The notes under the pieces are model-generated. The model had not been told where the DNA came from. It made no database searches and was given only the letters and a program-made list of their open reading frames with translations. A program made the translations under genes and the position numbers. DNA of 64,000 nt, counting the filler, from Jimgerdemannia flammicorona (Eukaryota), in assembly GCA_003990765.1 (NCBI GenBank). It is 3 parts of 3 records of this genome, joined end to end, with 100 filler letters (N's around TTAATTAATTAA, not from the genome) between each part and the next. Parts side by side here need not be neighbours in the genome. Positions count along the whole stretch, not along the records: positions 43,245 to 64,000 come from RBNJ01001595.1; 2 more parts are not named here. One strand, written 5' to 3'. Each line of letters opens with the position of its first letter. Position 1 is the first letter of the stretch. Shown here one piece after another: positions 63,969 to 64,000 of the stretch.

Positions 63969-64000
63969 CCCCCTTTTTTTTTTTTTTTTTTTTTTTTTTT

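Overview
Eukaryotic, intron-containing fungal DNA. The gene families (kinase-Sel1, HSPA12-like, IRG-like GTPases, long homopolymer runs) suggest Mucoromycota, possibly Endogonales; this is an inference. Two N-gaps carry an artificial TTAATTAATTAA linker. The left arm (1-21.5 kb) holds an aldo-keto reductase (Kv-beta type), an NAD-dependent epimerase pseudogene, a 10-exon HSPA12-type Hsp70 with a vWA domain nested in its C-terminal beta-sandwich, a head-to-head intronless coiled-coil gene with a GrpE-like C-terminus, an AT-rich block with a ~630-bp foldback element, a pseudokinase-Sel1 gene and a low-complexity protein. The centre (21.6-48.5 kb) is decayed transposon sequence: a Ty1/Copia remnant, a nest of L1/Tx1-type LINEs with identifiable target-site duplications, and a Ty3/Gypsy element. 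The Gypsy element carries an intronless cyclin-fold gene between pol and the PPT/3' LTR, and its LTR truncates a host gene. The right arm holds a tandem family of secreted Cys/Gly/Tyr-rich proteins, a broken methyltransferase and three IRG-like GTPase genes (two intact, one pseudogene). The best candidates for an undescribed system are the cyclin-carrying LTR retrotransposon and the HSPA12(vWA)/GrpE-like divergent gene pair.
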